A stretch of 32,611 nucleotides of DNA from Lachnospiraceae bacterium. GTDB lineage: Bacteria; Bacillota; Clostridia; Lachnospirales; Lachnospiraceae. The stretch is taken from positions 1-32,611 of the forward strand of contig JAJPYH010000139.1 of assembly GCA_021205045.1 (NCBI GenBank). The letters are read 5' to 3'. Shown here one piece after another: positions 8,276 through 16,605 of the stretch. Numbering within the stretch: position 1 is the first letter of the stretch; every line of letters starts with the position of its first letter. The notes under the pieces were generated by a model. The model worked only from the letters and a program-made list of their open reading frames with translations, was not told the origin of the DNA and did no database searches. A program made the position numbers and the translations under genes.

Positions 8276-9751
8276 ATGGAGCAATTAAACAAAACTGTCA
8301 CCAAAAAGGTGAACAGACCGGTAAAGGTAGTACAGTTCGGCGAGGGCAATTTCCTGCGTGCCTTTGTGGACTACATGATCGATATTGCCAATGAGAAGGG
8401 ATTATTTGACGGCGATATCGTGCTGATCAAGCCGATTCCCTTCGGCAGCACTGAGATGTTCCATGAGCAGGACTGCCAGTACACCGTGTCGCTTCGCGGC
8501 ATTGTGGAGGGCGAGGCCAAGGTACTGAACAGAGTGATCACCTCTGTCCAGGATATCGTGGACACGGCGACAGAATATGACAAGTACATGTCTCTGGCTG
8601 AGATTGATACCCTGCGTTTTGTGGTTTCCAATACTACAGAGGCGGGCATCGTTTATGACCCGACAGATGAGTTTGACTTAAAACCGGCAAAGACCTTCCC
8701 GGGTAAGCTGACGCAGTTTTTATACAGAAGATATATAACCTTTAACGGTGCGGCGGATAAGGGACTTGTGATGCTGCCGGTGGAACTGATTGATGATAAT
8801 GGTATCATGTTAAAGAAATGTGTCAACCAGCTCATCGACCTGTGGGGCCTGGATGCGGGCTTCAAAACCTGGGTCAATGAGAGCTGCATTTTCACTTCTA
8901 CTCTGGTAGACCGTATTGTGACCGGTTATCCGAGAGCCACCATCGAGCAGGAATGGGAGAAGCTGGGATATCAGGACAAGATTCTGGTGACCGCAGAGCC
9001 CTTTGCTCTCTGGGTGATTGAGTCTGAGAAGGATATCAGCGGCGAGCTTCCGTTAGACAAGGTGATGGCGGACATGCCCGGCATGGATGTGATCTTTACA
9101 GACAATCAGAAGTCTTACAAGCAGCGCAAGGTTCGTATCCTGAACGGCGCCCACACCTCTTTCGTGCTGGCGGCATATCTGTGCGGCTATGATATTGTGA
9201 GAGACGCCATGAAGGACAAGGACATCCGTCCGTTTATCAAGGCGACTCTGCATGACGAGGTGATCCCGACCCTGACTCTTCCGAAGGAGGAGCTGGAGGC
9301 TTTCGCGGCGGCTGTAGAGCTTCGCTTTGAGAACCCCTATGTGGATCATGCCCTGATGGCCATTTCCTTAAACTCTGTCTCCAAGTGGAAGGCAAGATGC
9401 CTGCCGTCTTATCTGGGCTATGTGGAAAAGACGGGGAAGATTCCGCCTCATCTGGCATTTTCCATTGCGGCTCTGATGGCCTTCTATACCGGCTCTGAGA
9501 TCCGCGACGGCAAGCTGGTGGGACACAGAGGAGAGGAAGAGTATCTGGTGCAGGACGACGCCGCGGTTCTTGCGTTCTTTGCGGAGTATTCCCAGAAGTC
9601 TACGGAAGAGTTCGTGGAAGCGGTTCTTTCCAATGAGGACTTCTTTGGCCAGGATCTGACGAAAGTGGCAGACACGAAGGAAGCGGTTACCACTTATCTG
9701 GCAGACATCAAAGCAAATGGAATGAGGGCTGCGTTATGCAAAGTTTCTTGA
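8276..9751 (+). CDS. uxaB: Tagaturonate reductase (altronate oxidoreductase)
   Basis: Mannitol-dehydrogenase-family protein with the UxaB-like N-terminus VVQFGEGNFLRAFVD. ATG 8276 has the SD GGGAG 7 nt upstream. The in-frame ATG 8255 given by the track is an alternative start. Confidence 0.88.
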   Translation: MEQLNKTVTKKVNRPVKVVQFGEGNFLRAFVDYMIDIANEKGLFDGDIVLIKPIPFGSTEMFHEQDCQYTVSLRGIVEGEAKVLNRVITSVQDIVDTATEYDKYMSLAEIDTLRFVVSNTTEAGIVYDPTDEFDLKPAKTFPGKLTQFLYRRYITFNGAADKGLVMLPVELIDDNGIMLKKCVNQLIDLWGLDAGFKTWVNESCIFTSTLVDRIVTGYPRATIEQEWEKLGYQDKILVTAEPFALWVIESEKDISGELPLDKVMADMPGMDVIFTDNQKSYKQRKVRILNGAHTSFVLAAYLCGYDIVRDAMKDKDIRPFIKATLHDEVIPTLTLPKEELEAFAAAVELRFENPYVDHALMAISLNSVSKWKARCLPSYLGYVEKTGKIPPHLAFSIAALMAFYTGSEIRDGKLVGHRGEEEYLVQDDAAVLAFFAEYSQKSTEEFVEAVLSNEDFFGQDLTKVADTKEAVTTYLADIKANGMRAALCKVS

Positions 9752-11220
9752 GAATTAATGACAATGACAATGTGGTAGTGGCCATTGAGACGCTCTCGCC
9801 CGGTACTGTTGTCAAAGTTTCTGATGATTTAACCGTGACCGCGCAGGAAGAGATTCCTGCCGGCCACAAGATGGCGCTCACAGATATTTCTGAGGGAAGC
9901 CCGGTGATCAAATATGGCTTCCGCATCGGCAATGCCAAACAGGATATCAAAGCCGGACAGTGGATTCACACTCACAATATCAAGACTGCTCTGGGCGATT
10001 TGCTGGAGTATACCTACGAACCGGTTCCTTACGAGGAGAAGACCACAGAAGATGTAACCTTCATGGGCTTCAACCGTCCTGACGGCAAGGTGGGCGTGCG
10101 CAATGAAATCTGGGTTGTTCCTACTGTCGGCTGTGTCAACGACATTGCCAAGCTGATTGTGAAAAAGGCCAATGAATATGTCAAAGGCACTGTGGATGAG
10201 GTCATTACCTTTACCCACCCTTACGGCTGCTCTCAGATGGGCGATGATCAGGAACATACCCGCACCATTCTGGCGGATCTGATCAATCATCCCAATGCGG
10301 GCGGCGTGCTGGTGCTGGGACTGGGCTGTGAGAATTCCAATATTGATGTGCTAAAGCCTTATATCGGCGAGGTTGATCCCAACCGCGTGAAGTTCCTGGT
10401 CTGTCAGGAATCTGATGATGAGATTGCGGACGGCGTAGAGCTTTGCAGGCAGCTGATTGATTACGCTGCCGGTTTCGAGAGAGAACCCATCAGCGTTTCC
10501 AAACTGGTGGTGGGCATGAAGTGCGGCGGCTCTGACGGCTTTTCCGGTATCACCGCCAATCCCTGTGTGGGACGTTTTTCTGACATTCTGGTATCCAAGG
10601 GCGGTACGACCATTCTGACAGAGGTGCCGGAGATGTTTGGCGCGGAGACGCTTCTGATGAACCGCTGCGCCAACGAGGAGCTGTTCCATAAGACTGTGGA
10701 TCTGATCAATGACTTCAAGAATTATTTCAAGTCCCACAATCAGACTATTTATGAGAATCCGTCCCCCGGCAATAAGAAGGGCGGCATTTCCACTCTGGAG
10801 GATAAGTCCTTGGGTTGCACACAGAAGTCAGGTTCTTCTCTGGTCAAGGGTGTGTTGTCTTACGGCGAGCGGGTTTCCACACCTGGCCTTAATCTGCTCA
10901 GCGCTCCCGGTAATGATCTGGTGGCCTCCACGGCTCTGGCAGCCAGCGGTGCCCATATCGTGCTGTTTACTACGGGACGCGGCACTCCCTTTGCTTCCCC
11001 GGTGCCTACGGTGAAGATTTCCACCAACTCCCGTCTGGCGGGCAAGAAATCCAACTGGATTGATTTCAACGCCGGTGTGCTGGTGGAGGATCAGACCATG
11101 GCAGACACCGCGCAGAAGCTGTTTGACTATGTAGTGGCCGTGGCTTCCGGAGAAAAGGTCTGCTCGGAAAAGAACGGCTTCCATGACATGGCTATCTTTA
11201 AGCAGGGCGTTACTTTATAA
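9736..11220 (+). CDS. uxaA: Altronate dehydratase
   Basis: 494-aa ORF with an N-terminal SAF-like domain (INDNDNVVVA) followed by a UxaA-family body. Overlaps the uxaB stop by 16 nt. Confidence 0.92.
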   Translation: MQSFLRINDNDNVVVAIETLSPGTVVKVSDDLTVTAQEEIPAGHKMALTDISEGSPVIKYGFRIGNAKQDIKAGQWIHTHNIKTALGDLLEYTYEPVPYEEKTTEDVTFMGFNRPDGKVGVRNEIWVVPTVGCVNDIAKLIVKKANEYVKGTVDEVITFTHPYGCSQMGDDQEHTRTILADLINHPNAGGVLVLGLGCENSNIDVLKPYIGEVDPNRVKFLVCQESDDEIADGVELCRQLIDYAAGFEREPISVSKLVVGMKCGGSDGFSGITANPCVGRFSDILVSKGGTTILTEVPEMFGAETLLMNRCANEELFHKTVDLINDFKNYFKSHNQTIYENPSPGNKKGGISTLEDKSLGCTQKSGSSLVKGVLSYGERVSTPGLNLLSAPGNDLVASTALAASGAHIVLFTTGRGTPFASPVPTVKISTNSRLAGKKSNWIDFNAGVLVEDQTMADTAQKLFDYVVAVASGEKVCSEKNGFHDMAIFKQGVTL

Positions 11221-11228
11221 TCATACAT

Positions 11229-11273
11229 TATGCCGGGAATATCGGGCAGATTCTGTTCCTTATTTCCGGCATA
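11229..11273 (+). terminator. Stem-loop after uxaA (possible attenuator or partial terminator)
   Basis: tatgccgggaa pairs with tttccggcata (11 bp including one G-U) across a 23-nt loop. The T-rich sequence cttatttcg follows. Confidence 0.35.
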
Positions 11274-11304
11274 CTTATTTCGTGGATGAGCGAAAGGATT
11301 TATT

Positions 11305-11832
11305 ATGAAAGAAAAACTGTTAAAGGCTTATGAAGCTATGAAAGCCGGTGATTTTACCTCTGATCTGGTAAAGGATACCGTGGAGGAGCTGAAAGCGTTT
11401 CCGAGAAATGAGCTGGGCGTTTTTGACATGTCCTCTGTATCGGATAATGTCTATGAGGCCGGGGGATATGTATATCCGGTATATATGCTTTATGAGACGA
11501 AGGCGGGCGGCAAAAAAGGCTATATGGATCTGATAGCTCAGCTTCGCGCCCTTTCTCCCCGATATGACCATGAGATGTCTCTGGAGAACGCCGCTTATTA
11601 TCTGGATATGATGGTGAAGTGTATTGACGCCATCAGCCCGGAAATCTATGAAATGTACAGAGAACTGATTGATATGTTCCGCGGCCGTATGAAGGGCGCG
11701 CTGATCATGGCGCAGGGGCAGCACGGGAAAGCGGTTCGTTCCATTGGGGTTTCTGTTGAGAGGGCCTGCGACATGGACATCATTCTGGCGGAGAAATATA
11801 TCGACACCGCGAAAGCACTTCAGGAGGCATAG
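11305..11832 (+). CDS. Hypothetical protein (175 aa, soluble, no family recognised)
   Basis: ORF with SD AAAGGA. Its stop lies 5 nt before the GH28 start, so it appears co-transcribed. Coding-like composition. I cannot assign a family. Confidence 0.6.
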   Translation: MKEKLLKAYEAMKAGDFTSDLVKDTVEELKAFPRNELGVFDMSSVSDNVYEAGGYVYPVYMLYETKAGGKKGYMDLIAQLRALSPRYDHEMSLENAAYYLDMMVKCIDAISPEIYEMYRELIDMFRGRMKGALIMAQGQHGKAVRSIGVSVERACDMDIILAEKYIDTAKALQEA

Positions 11833-11837
11833 AGGAT

Positions 11838-13394
11838 ATGAATATTACGCTGATTATGAGTACAGCCAGAAGTGCTGTGATAGAGATTGAGGACGGCGGA
11901 CGTTACTTCACGAAAAAGCCCTATCTGGTCAGATTAAACGGGAAGCTGTATGGTGAGACAGACAGAACCATCACCAATCTTTTTGATTTGAAACCGGAGA
12001 CACAGTATCTGGCGGAGATTTATGATGGAGAGGAGCTTGCTGGAAGCCTGGAGTTTACTACAGATTATGAGTTTGTGACGCTGGATGTGCGCAAATTCGG
12101 CGCCAAGGGTGACGGCGTGTCGGACGACACCCACTTTATCCAGGCGGCGATCATGGCCTGCCCCAAGTACAGCAGAGTGCTGATTCCGGCGGGCACCTAT
12201 CGCATCACATCTCTGTTTTTAAAGAGCAACCTGTGGCTGGAGCTGGCGGCAGGCGCGGAGCTGAAGGCGTTCACTGACAGGAGTAAATTTGTGACCATGC
12301 CTCCCAGCATCGAGAGCTACGATGAGACGGACGAGTATTTCCTGGGTACCTGGGAGGGCAACCCGCTGCCTATGTTTGCGGCCATTATCAGCGGATATCA
12401 GGCCAAGAATGTGATTATCTACGGCGCCGGCACCATCAACGGCAACGCCAGTAAGCAGGACTGGTGGAATAATCCCAAGGTGATGAATGTGACGTTCCGC
12501 CCCAGACTGTTTCACATCAATAACTGTAAGGATGTGACCCTGCAGGGCATTACAGTGTGTAATTCTCCTTCCTGGACCCTGCATCCGTATTTTTCCAAGA
12601 ATCTGCGGTTCATTGGCATTATGATCAACAATCCTCCGGATTCTCCCAATACCGATGGCCTGGATCCGGAATCCTGCAAGAATATTGATATTCTGGGTGT
12701 ACGTTTCTCTCTGGGAGACGACTGCATCGCGGTGAAGTCCGGCAAGATTTATATGGGAAGCAGGTTTAAGAAGCCTACGGAGAATGTGATGATCCGTCAG
12801 TGCCTGATGGAGGACGGACACGGCGCGGTGACTCTGGGCAGTGAAATCGGCGGCGGTGTGGTCAATCTGACCGTGCAGGACTGCCTGTTCCGCAATACAG
12901 ATCGGGGGCTGCGCATCAAGACCAGAAGGGGCCGGGGCAAGGACGCTGTTCTGTCCAATATTACCTTTAAAAACCTGACGCTGGACAACGTGATGACGCC
13001 CCTTGTGGTGAACGCGTTTTACTTCTGCGACCCGGACGGCCGTACAGAGTATGTGCAGTCCAGAGAGCCCTGGCCGGTGGACGAGCGCACCCCGGTGTTA
13101 AAGAAAATGCTCTTTGAAAATATGGAGTGCACCAACTGCCATGTGGCGGCGGCCTATTTTGACTGTCTGCCGGAGCAGAAGATGGAGGAGCTGGAGCTTA
13201 AGCATGTGCATATCAGCTATGCTGAAGATGCGAAGACGGATGTACCTGCCATGTCCGAGGGTGTGGAGCGGTGTTCGAAGAGGGGACTGTTTGCCCGCAA
13301 TATCCACAAGCTGATTCTGGAGGATGTGACCATTGAGGGGCAGGAGGGTGAGCCCATGGAGCTGATCGGTGTGGATACGCTGATACAGAAATAA
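11838..13394 (+). CDS. Glycoside hydrolase family 28 (polygalacturonase or exo-poly-alpha-galacturonosidase), cytoplasmic
   Basis: All four GH28 signature blocks are present: NTDG (SPNTDGLDPE), GDDC (LGDDCIAVKSG), GHG (EDGHGAVTLGSE) and RIK (RGLRIKT). No N-terminal signal peptide. Confidence 0.88.
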   Translation: MNITLIMSTARSAVIEIEDGGRYFTKKPYLVRLNGKLYGETDRTITNLFDLKPETQYLAEIYDGEELAGSLEFTTDYEFVTLDVRKFGAKGDGVSDDTHFIQAAIMACPKYSRVLIPAGTYRITSLFLKSNLWLELAAGAELKAFTDRSKFVTMPPSIESYDETDEYFLGTWEGNPLPMFAAIISGYQAKNVIIYGAGTINGNASKQDWWNNPKVMNVTFRPRLFHINNCKDVTLQGITVCNSPSWTLHPYFSKNLRFIGIMINNPPDSPNTDGLDPESCKNIDILGVRFSLGDDCIAVKSGKIYMGSRFKKPTENVMIRQCLMEDGHGAVTLGSEIGGGVVNLTVQDCLFRNTDRGLRIKTRRGRGKDAVLSNITFKNLTLDNVMTPLVVNAFYFCDPDGRTEYVQSREPWPVDERTPVLKKMLFENMECTNCHVAAAYFDCLPEQKMEELELKHVHISYAEDAKTDVPAMSEGVERCSKRGLFARNIHKLILEDVTIEGQEGEPMELIGVDTLIQK

Positions 13395-13483
13395 AAAGGA
13401 GAGCCTGTGCTCTGAATGGGCGCCTGTGACAGAGACTTTTCAATTGCGGTCCGGCGCCCGCGCTTATTATGGAAGGAGGAAAA

Positions 13484-14326
13484 ATGTTACAGTTAGGACT
13501 TCGTTTACACGATACCCGGGATTTACCTTTTGATGAGAGAATTGCTGAAGTAGCCGCCCAGGGCTTTTCCTGCGGCCATCTGGCTCTTGCCAAGGTGTTC
13601 CCGAAGGAGATCAGCACCGCGGATGAAGCGCTGACTCCCGGCTTTGCCAATTATCTGAGAAAGATCTTTGCCAAGCACAATGTGGACTGCGCCGTATTGG
13701 GGTGCTATCTTAATCTGGCCAATCCCAATCCGGTGATGTTGGCGCAGACGACTCACAGATATATGGCAAATATCCGCTTTGCCGCAGCGCTGGGGGCAGG
13801 CGTGGTGGGCACTGAGACCGGCGCGCCCAATGAAGGCTACACCTACGGCCCGGAATGCTACACCGAGGAGGCTTTGCAGATTTTCATCAAAAATCTGCGC
13901 CCTGTGGTAGAATATGCGGAGAAGATGGGCGTGATTGTGGCTATTGAGCCGGCGTTCAAACATATTGTGTGCAGCCCGGAGCGTACCCGCAGGGTGCTGG
14001 ATGCCATCAATTCCCCCAATTTGCAGATCATCTTTGATCCGGTGAATTTGCTGGATATTTCCAATATTGACAAAGCGGATGAAGTGTTCGCAGAAGCCAT
14101 CGAAGCCTTTGGCGATGATGTGGCGGTGATGCACTTAAAAGACTACCGTGTGCAGGACGGAAAGCTTTTAGCCTGCGGTGCCGGCCTTGGAGAGATGAAC
14201 TTTGACCGTATTATGAAATTCCTGAAGACAAAGAAGCCGTACATTTACGCAACGCTGGAGAACACCACGCCTGAGGACGCGGTGCAGTGCAGAGAATTTC
14301 TGGAGAAAGAATACGAGAAGGCGTAA
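13484..14326 (+). CDS. Sugar phosphate isomerase/epimerase (xylose-isomerase-like TIM barrel), specificity unknown
   Basis: 280-aa protein that looks like an AP-endonuclease-2/xylose-isomerase-like TIM barrel (GVIVAIEP, IIFDPVNL, MHLKD). ATG 13484 behind AAGGAGGA is preferred over the track's ATG 13469. Confidence 0.72.
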   Translation: MLQLGLRLHDTRDLPFDERIAEVAAQGFSCGHLALAKVFPKEISTADEALTPGFANYLRKIFAKHNVDCAVLGCYLNLANPNPVMLAQTTHRYMANIRFAAALGAGVVGTETGAPNEGYTYGPECYTEEALQIFIKNLRPVVEYAEKMGVIVAIEPAFKHIVCSPERTRRVLDAINSPNLQIIFDPVNLLDISNIDKADEVFAEAIEAFGDDVAVMHLKDYRVQDGKLLACGAGLGEMNFDRIMKFLKTKKPYIYATLENTTPEDAVQCREFLEKEYEKA

Positions 14327-14352
14327 GAAACCGGATAAAGAACTGAATGAGT

Positions 14353-14380
14353 TGGAGCGGGTATCCCCCGCTCCATTTTC
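14353..14380 (+). terminator. Rho-independent terminator ending the uxaB...TIM-barrel operon
   Basis: tggagcggg pairs with cccgctcca (9 bp, GC-rich) across a 5-nt loop, followed by TTTT. Confidence 0.75.
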
Positions 14381-14420
14381 AGATTCTGATAGTTGACATA
14401 CTCGGACAGCTGATATAACA

Positions 14421-15419
14421 CTATACCGGCCAGTCGCCCAATACCCTTTCTTTTGTAAAATGTGCCGCCTCTTCCTCAGTCAGCTGTGAGGAGAAATCTG
14501 CACGTCTTTCAGGAGCGGCTCCCGGCCCAAAACACTCAAACTCGGCATAGCGTATCGTCTCGTGGGGCTTATTCCAGTCCTGCCAGCCCTCCGGTTTGAT
14601 ATGCGCACCCAGTTCACAGTGCAGCAGGACGGTCTGGGCATACTGCCGCCAGGGGCGTCCCAGGTAGACGGTTTCCGCGGGGCAGTCGGAGGTGAAGCGG
14701 CAGTGGTCAAGAATATAGCCGTACTCCTGTTTGCCATAGGTAGAGGCGGCGGTCACGTAGCCGTAGCAGCGATCCGCTGCCTCCCTCGGATTGTCAATGG
14801 GAGTATCCCCGTAGCGGTTTTTGGTAAAAAACTCGCAGTTTTCAAAATAGGCGGTGGCGGAGCCGAACACAAAATCCACATCTCCCTGAATATAGCAATT
14901 CTGATAATACTGTCTTCCGATGATACGGGGAGCAAATTCCTTTGGCCCAACGAAACCGCCCGCCTTCATTTCCTGCTCCGGAAGGGCACCGGTAAAGAGA
15001 GTATCCTGGCTCCCAAGCAGACGGCAATTGTATAAAGCACAGCGGTCCCCGTCCATGTACAGTGCCAGTGCCTGGCCAACCACAGAGCCGCAGCCGGCGT
15101 CATTTTGAATCGTCAGATCCCTGGCGGTAAAATCATGGGTATCCACCAGCATGCTGTAGCTTCGGAAGGTGCCGCGTTTGCGCCCGTCCGGATGCATTTC
15201 AAGAGCATAATGTCCGTAAACAATGACAGTAGTGTCAGCGGCTGCCCCCTGCAATGTGACAAAGGGCTTTTGTACGGTCAGCCGTTCCCGGTAGGTGCCG
15301 GGAGCGATGTATATGGTCACTTGTTCGGCATTGTCAGCGGGAATGCTGTCGATGGCCTGCTGGATGGTGGGATAACAGGGGGATTTTGAGGGATCATTGA
15401 CATAGATGGATTTACACAT
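14421..15419 (-). CDS. Pectinesterase (carbohydrate esterase family 8), cytoplasmic
   Basis: CE8 motifs are present: GSQDTLF, QGDVDFVFG and YLGRPW. Start taken at the Met of MCKSIYV (15419), which overlaps the upstream AraC stop, rather than the track's 15458. No signal peptide. Confidence 0.87.
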   Translation of the reverse strand: MCKSIYVNDPSKSPCYPTIQQAIDSIPADNAEQVTIYIAPGTYRERLTVQKPFVTLQGAAADTTVIVYGHYALEMHPDGRKRGTFRSYSMLVDTHDFTARDLTIQNDAGCGSVVGQALALYMDGDRCALYNCRLLGSQDTLFTGALPEQEMKAGGFVGPKEFAPRIIGRQYYQNCYIQGDVDFVFGSATAYFENCEFFTKNRYGDTPIDNPREAADRCYGYVTAASTYGKQEYGYILDHCRFTSDCPAETVYLGRPWRQYAQTVLLHCELGAHIKPEGWQDWNKPHETIRYAEFECFGPGAAPERRADFSSQLTEEEAAHFTKERVLGDWPV

Positions 15420-16299
15420 AAGATGTTTCCTTTCTGTATTCTCTTGGTGTGCAGCCAAAACACTGCCGGAACAATCTGTTAAAGTAAGATATATTCTGAA
15501 AACCGTTCTCCAGCGCGATATCCGCTATGAGCGCGTCGGTTTCTCTGAGAGCTGAGGCTGCCATGGACAGACGGTAGCGGTTCAGATACTCAATGCAGGT
15601 GGTGCCGGTATATTTGCGAAAAAAGTGCATGAAATGCGTTTCACTGAAATGGCAGATCGCGGCAAGTTCCTGTATGGACAGATTTTCTCTGTAATTATCC
15701 TGTATATAGGTCAGGGCTTTTTTGATTTTCTCTTCCGCATGCAGATCGGCTCTGGCGCTGACAGGCTTTTCGATACATCCGAAGGTATACAGATCCGAGA
15801 TGAGTGCGGTCAGAAGCGCTTTGACACGCAGCTCGTAGGCCGTCCCTTCCTCCTGAAACAGGCGGCATGCTTTCAGAAAACGCTCCTTCATCTCGAGATA
15901 GCCGGGATGATCGGGGCGCATCAGGGGTGTAAAGCGGCATTTCCCGTTCAGAATGGGATTCAGATATTTGACAGTACAGATGTCCGGGGTCAGGCTACCA
16001 AGGTAGCTTAGGTGAAATAACAGGCTGTGCGATGTCATGGCGTGTCCGGGCCTTTCCACAGCACCGTGCAGCACCTGGGGAGAAATAAAGATCAGGTCGC
16101 CCTTTTGTACGGGGCAGGGTTCAAAGTTAATGGTGTAATCCGCGCAGCCCTCCTCAATGTAGGTGATCTCCACTTCTTCATGCCAGTGGAGCGTCAGGCT
16201 GCGGAAGTGATCCGGCATGCGGCAGCAATAATAACTCACAGGAAGCAGAGTATCCCCGTGAGTAGTTTTTTCCCGATAGTCAGATAATTGCATTTCCAT
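15412..16299 (-). CDS. AraC/XylS-family transcriptional regulator with N-terminal cupin sensor domain
   Basis: 295-aa ORF with SD AAGGAG 9 nt upstream. C-terminal double HTH (LENGFQNISYFNRLFRQCFGCTPREYR) and an N-terminal cupin-like beta-barrel region. Confidence 0.88.
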   Translation of the reverse strand: MEMQLSDYREKTTHGDTLLPVSYYCCRMPDHFRSLTLHWHEEVEITYIEEGCADYTINFEPCPVQKGDLIFISPQVLHGAVERPGHAMTSHSLLFHLSYLGSLTPDICTVKYLNPILNGKCRFTPLMRPDHPGYLEMKERFLKACRLFQEEGTAYELRVKALLTALISDLYTFGCIEKPVSARADLHAEEKIKKALTYIQDNYRENLSIQELAAICHFSETHFMHFFRKYTGTTCIEYLNRYRLSMAASALRETDALIADIALENGFQNISYFNRLFRQCFGCTPREYRKETSYV

Positions 16300-16363
16300 T
16301 GGAGGCGCTCCTTCGCAGGATTGTGTTAGTATTCCGTGTTATTTTACAAGAATTTACTGATTT

Positions 16364-16383
16364 ATTATAGTGGTGTTAGTCCG
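16364..16383 (-). promoter_or_regulatory. Candidate promoter/operator module for the AraC-family gene
   Basis: The minus strand reads CGGACTAACACCA-C-TATAAT. That is a perfect -10 hexamer abutting a 13-nt motif which recurs at 16473-16485. Confidence 0.4.
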
Positions 16384-16490
16384 TAAACGGGTCGTTTTGG
16401 CCAAAGTTCTATATTCAGGGCATACTATACTGGTATTTCTGAAAGCCAGATATTAGGCCACCGACCCAAATCCGGACTAACACCATTATA
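16366..16490. repeat. Long imperfect inverted repeat (18-bp outer arms plus inner complementary blocks)
   Basis: tatagtggtgttagtccg (16366-16383) versus cggactaacaccattata (16473-16490) match at 17 of 18 positions. Inner blocks gggtcg/cgaccc and ggcc/ggcc are also complementary. Confidence 0.8.
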
Positions 16491-16492
16491 GT
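16473..16492 (+). promoter_or_regulatory. Candidate promoter/operator module for the GH13 gene
   Basis: The plus strand reads CGGACTAACACCA-T-TATAGT. It mirrors the module at 16364-16383 and faces the GH13 gene. Confidence 0.4.
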
Positions 16493-16605
16493 ATATTATC
16501 AGCATAAAGGCAATCCTTTTAACAAAATGAACTTCAGATACAGCATAAAGCTGTTCCTTTGCGGAAAAGACAGAATTCAAATCATCACATCAGGAGGGTC
16601 AGGCT

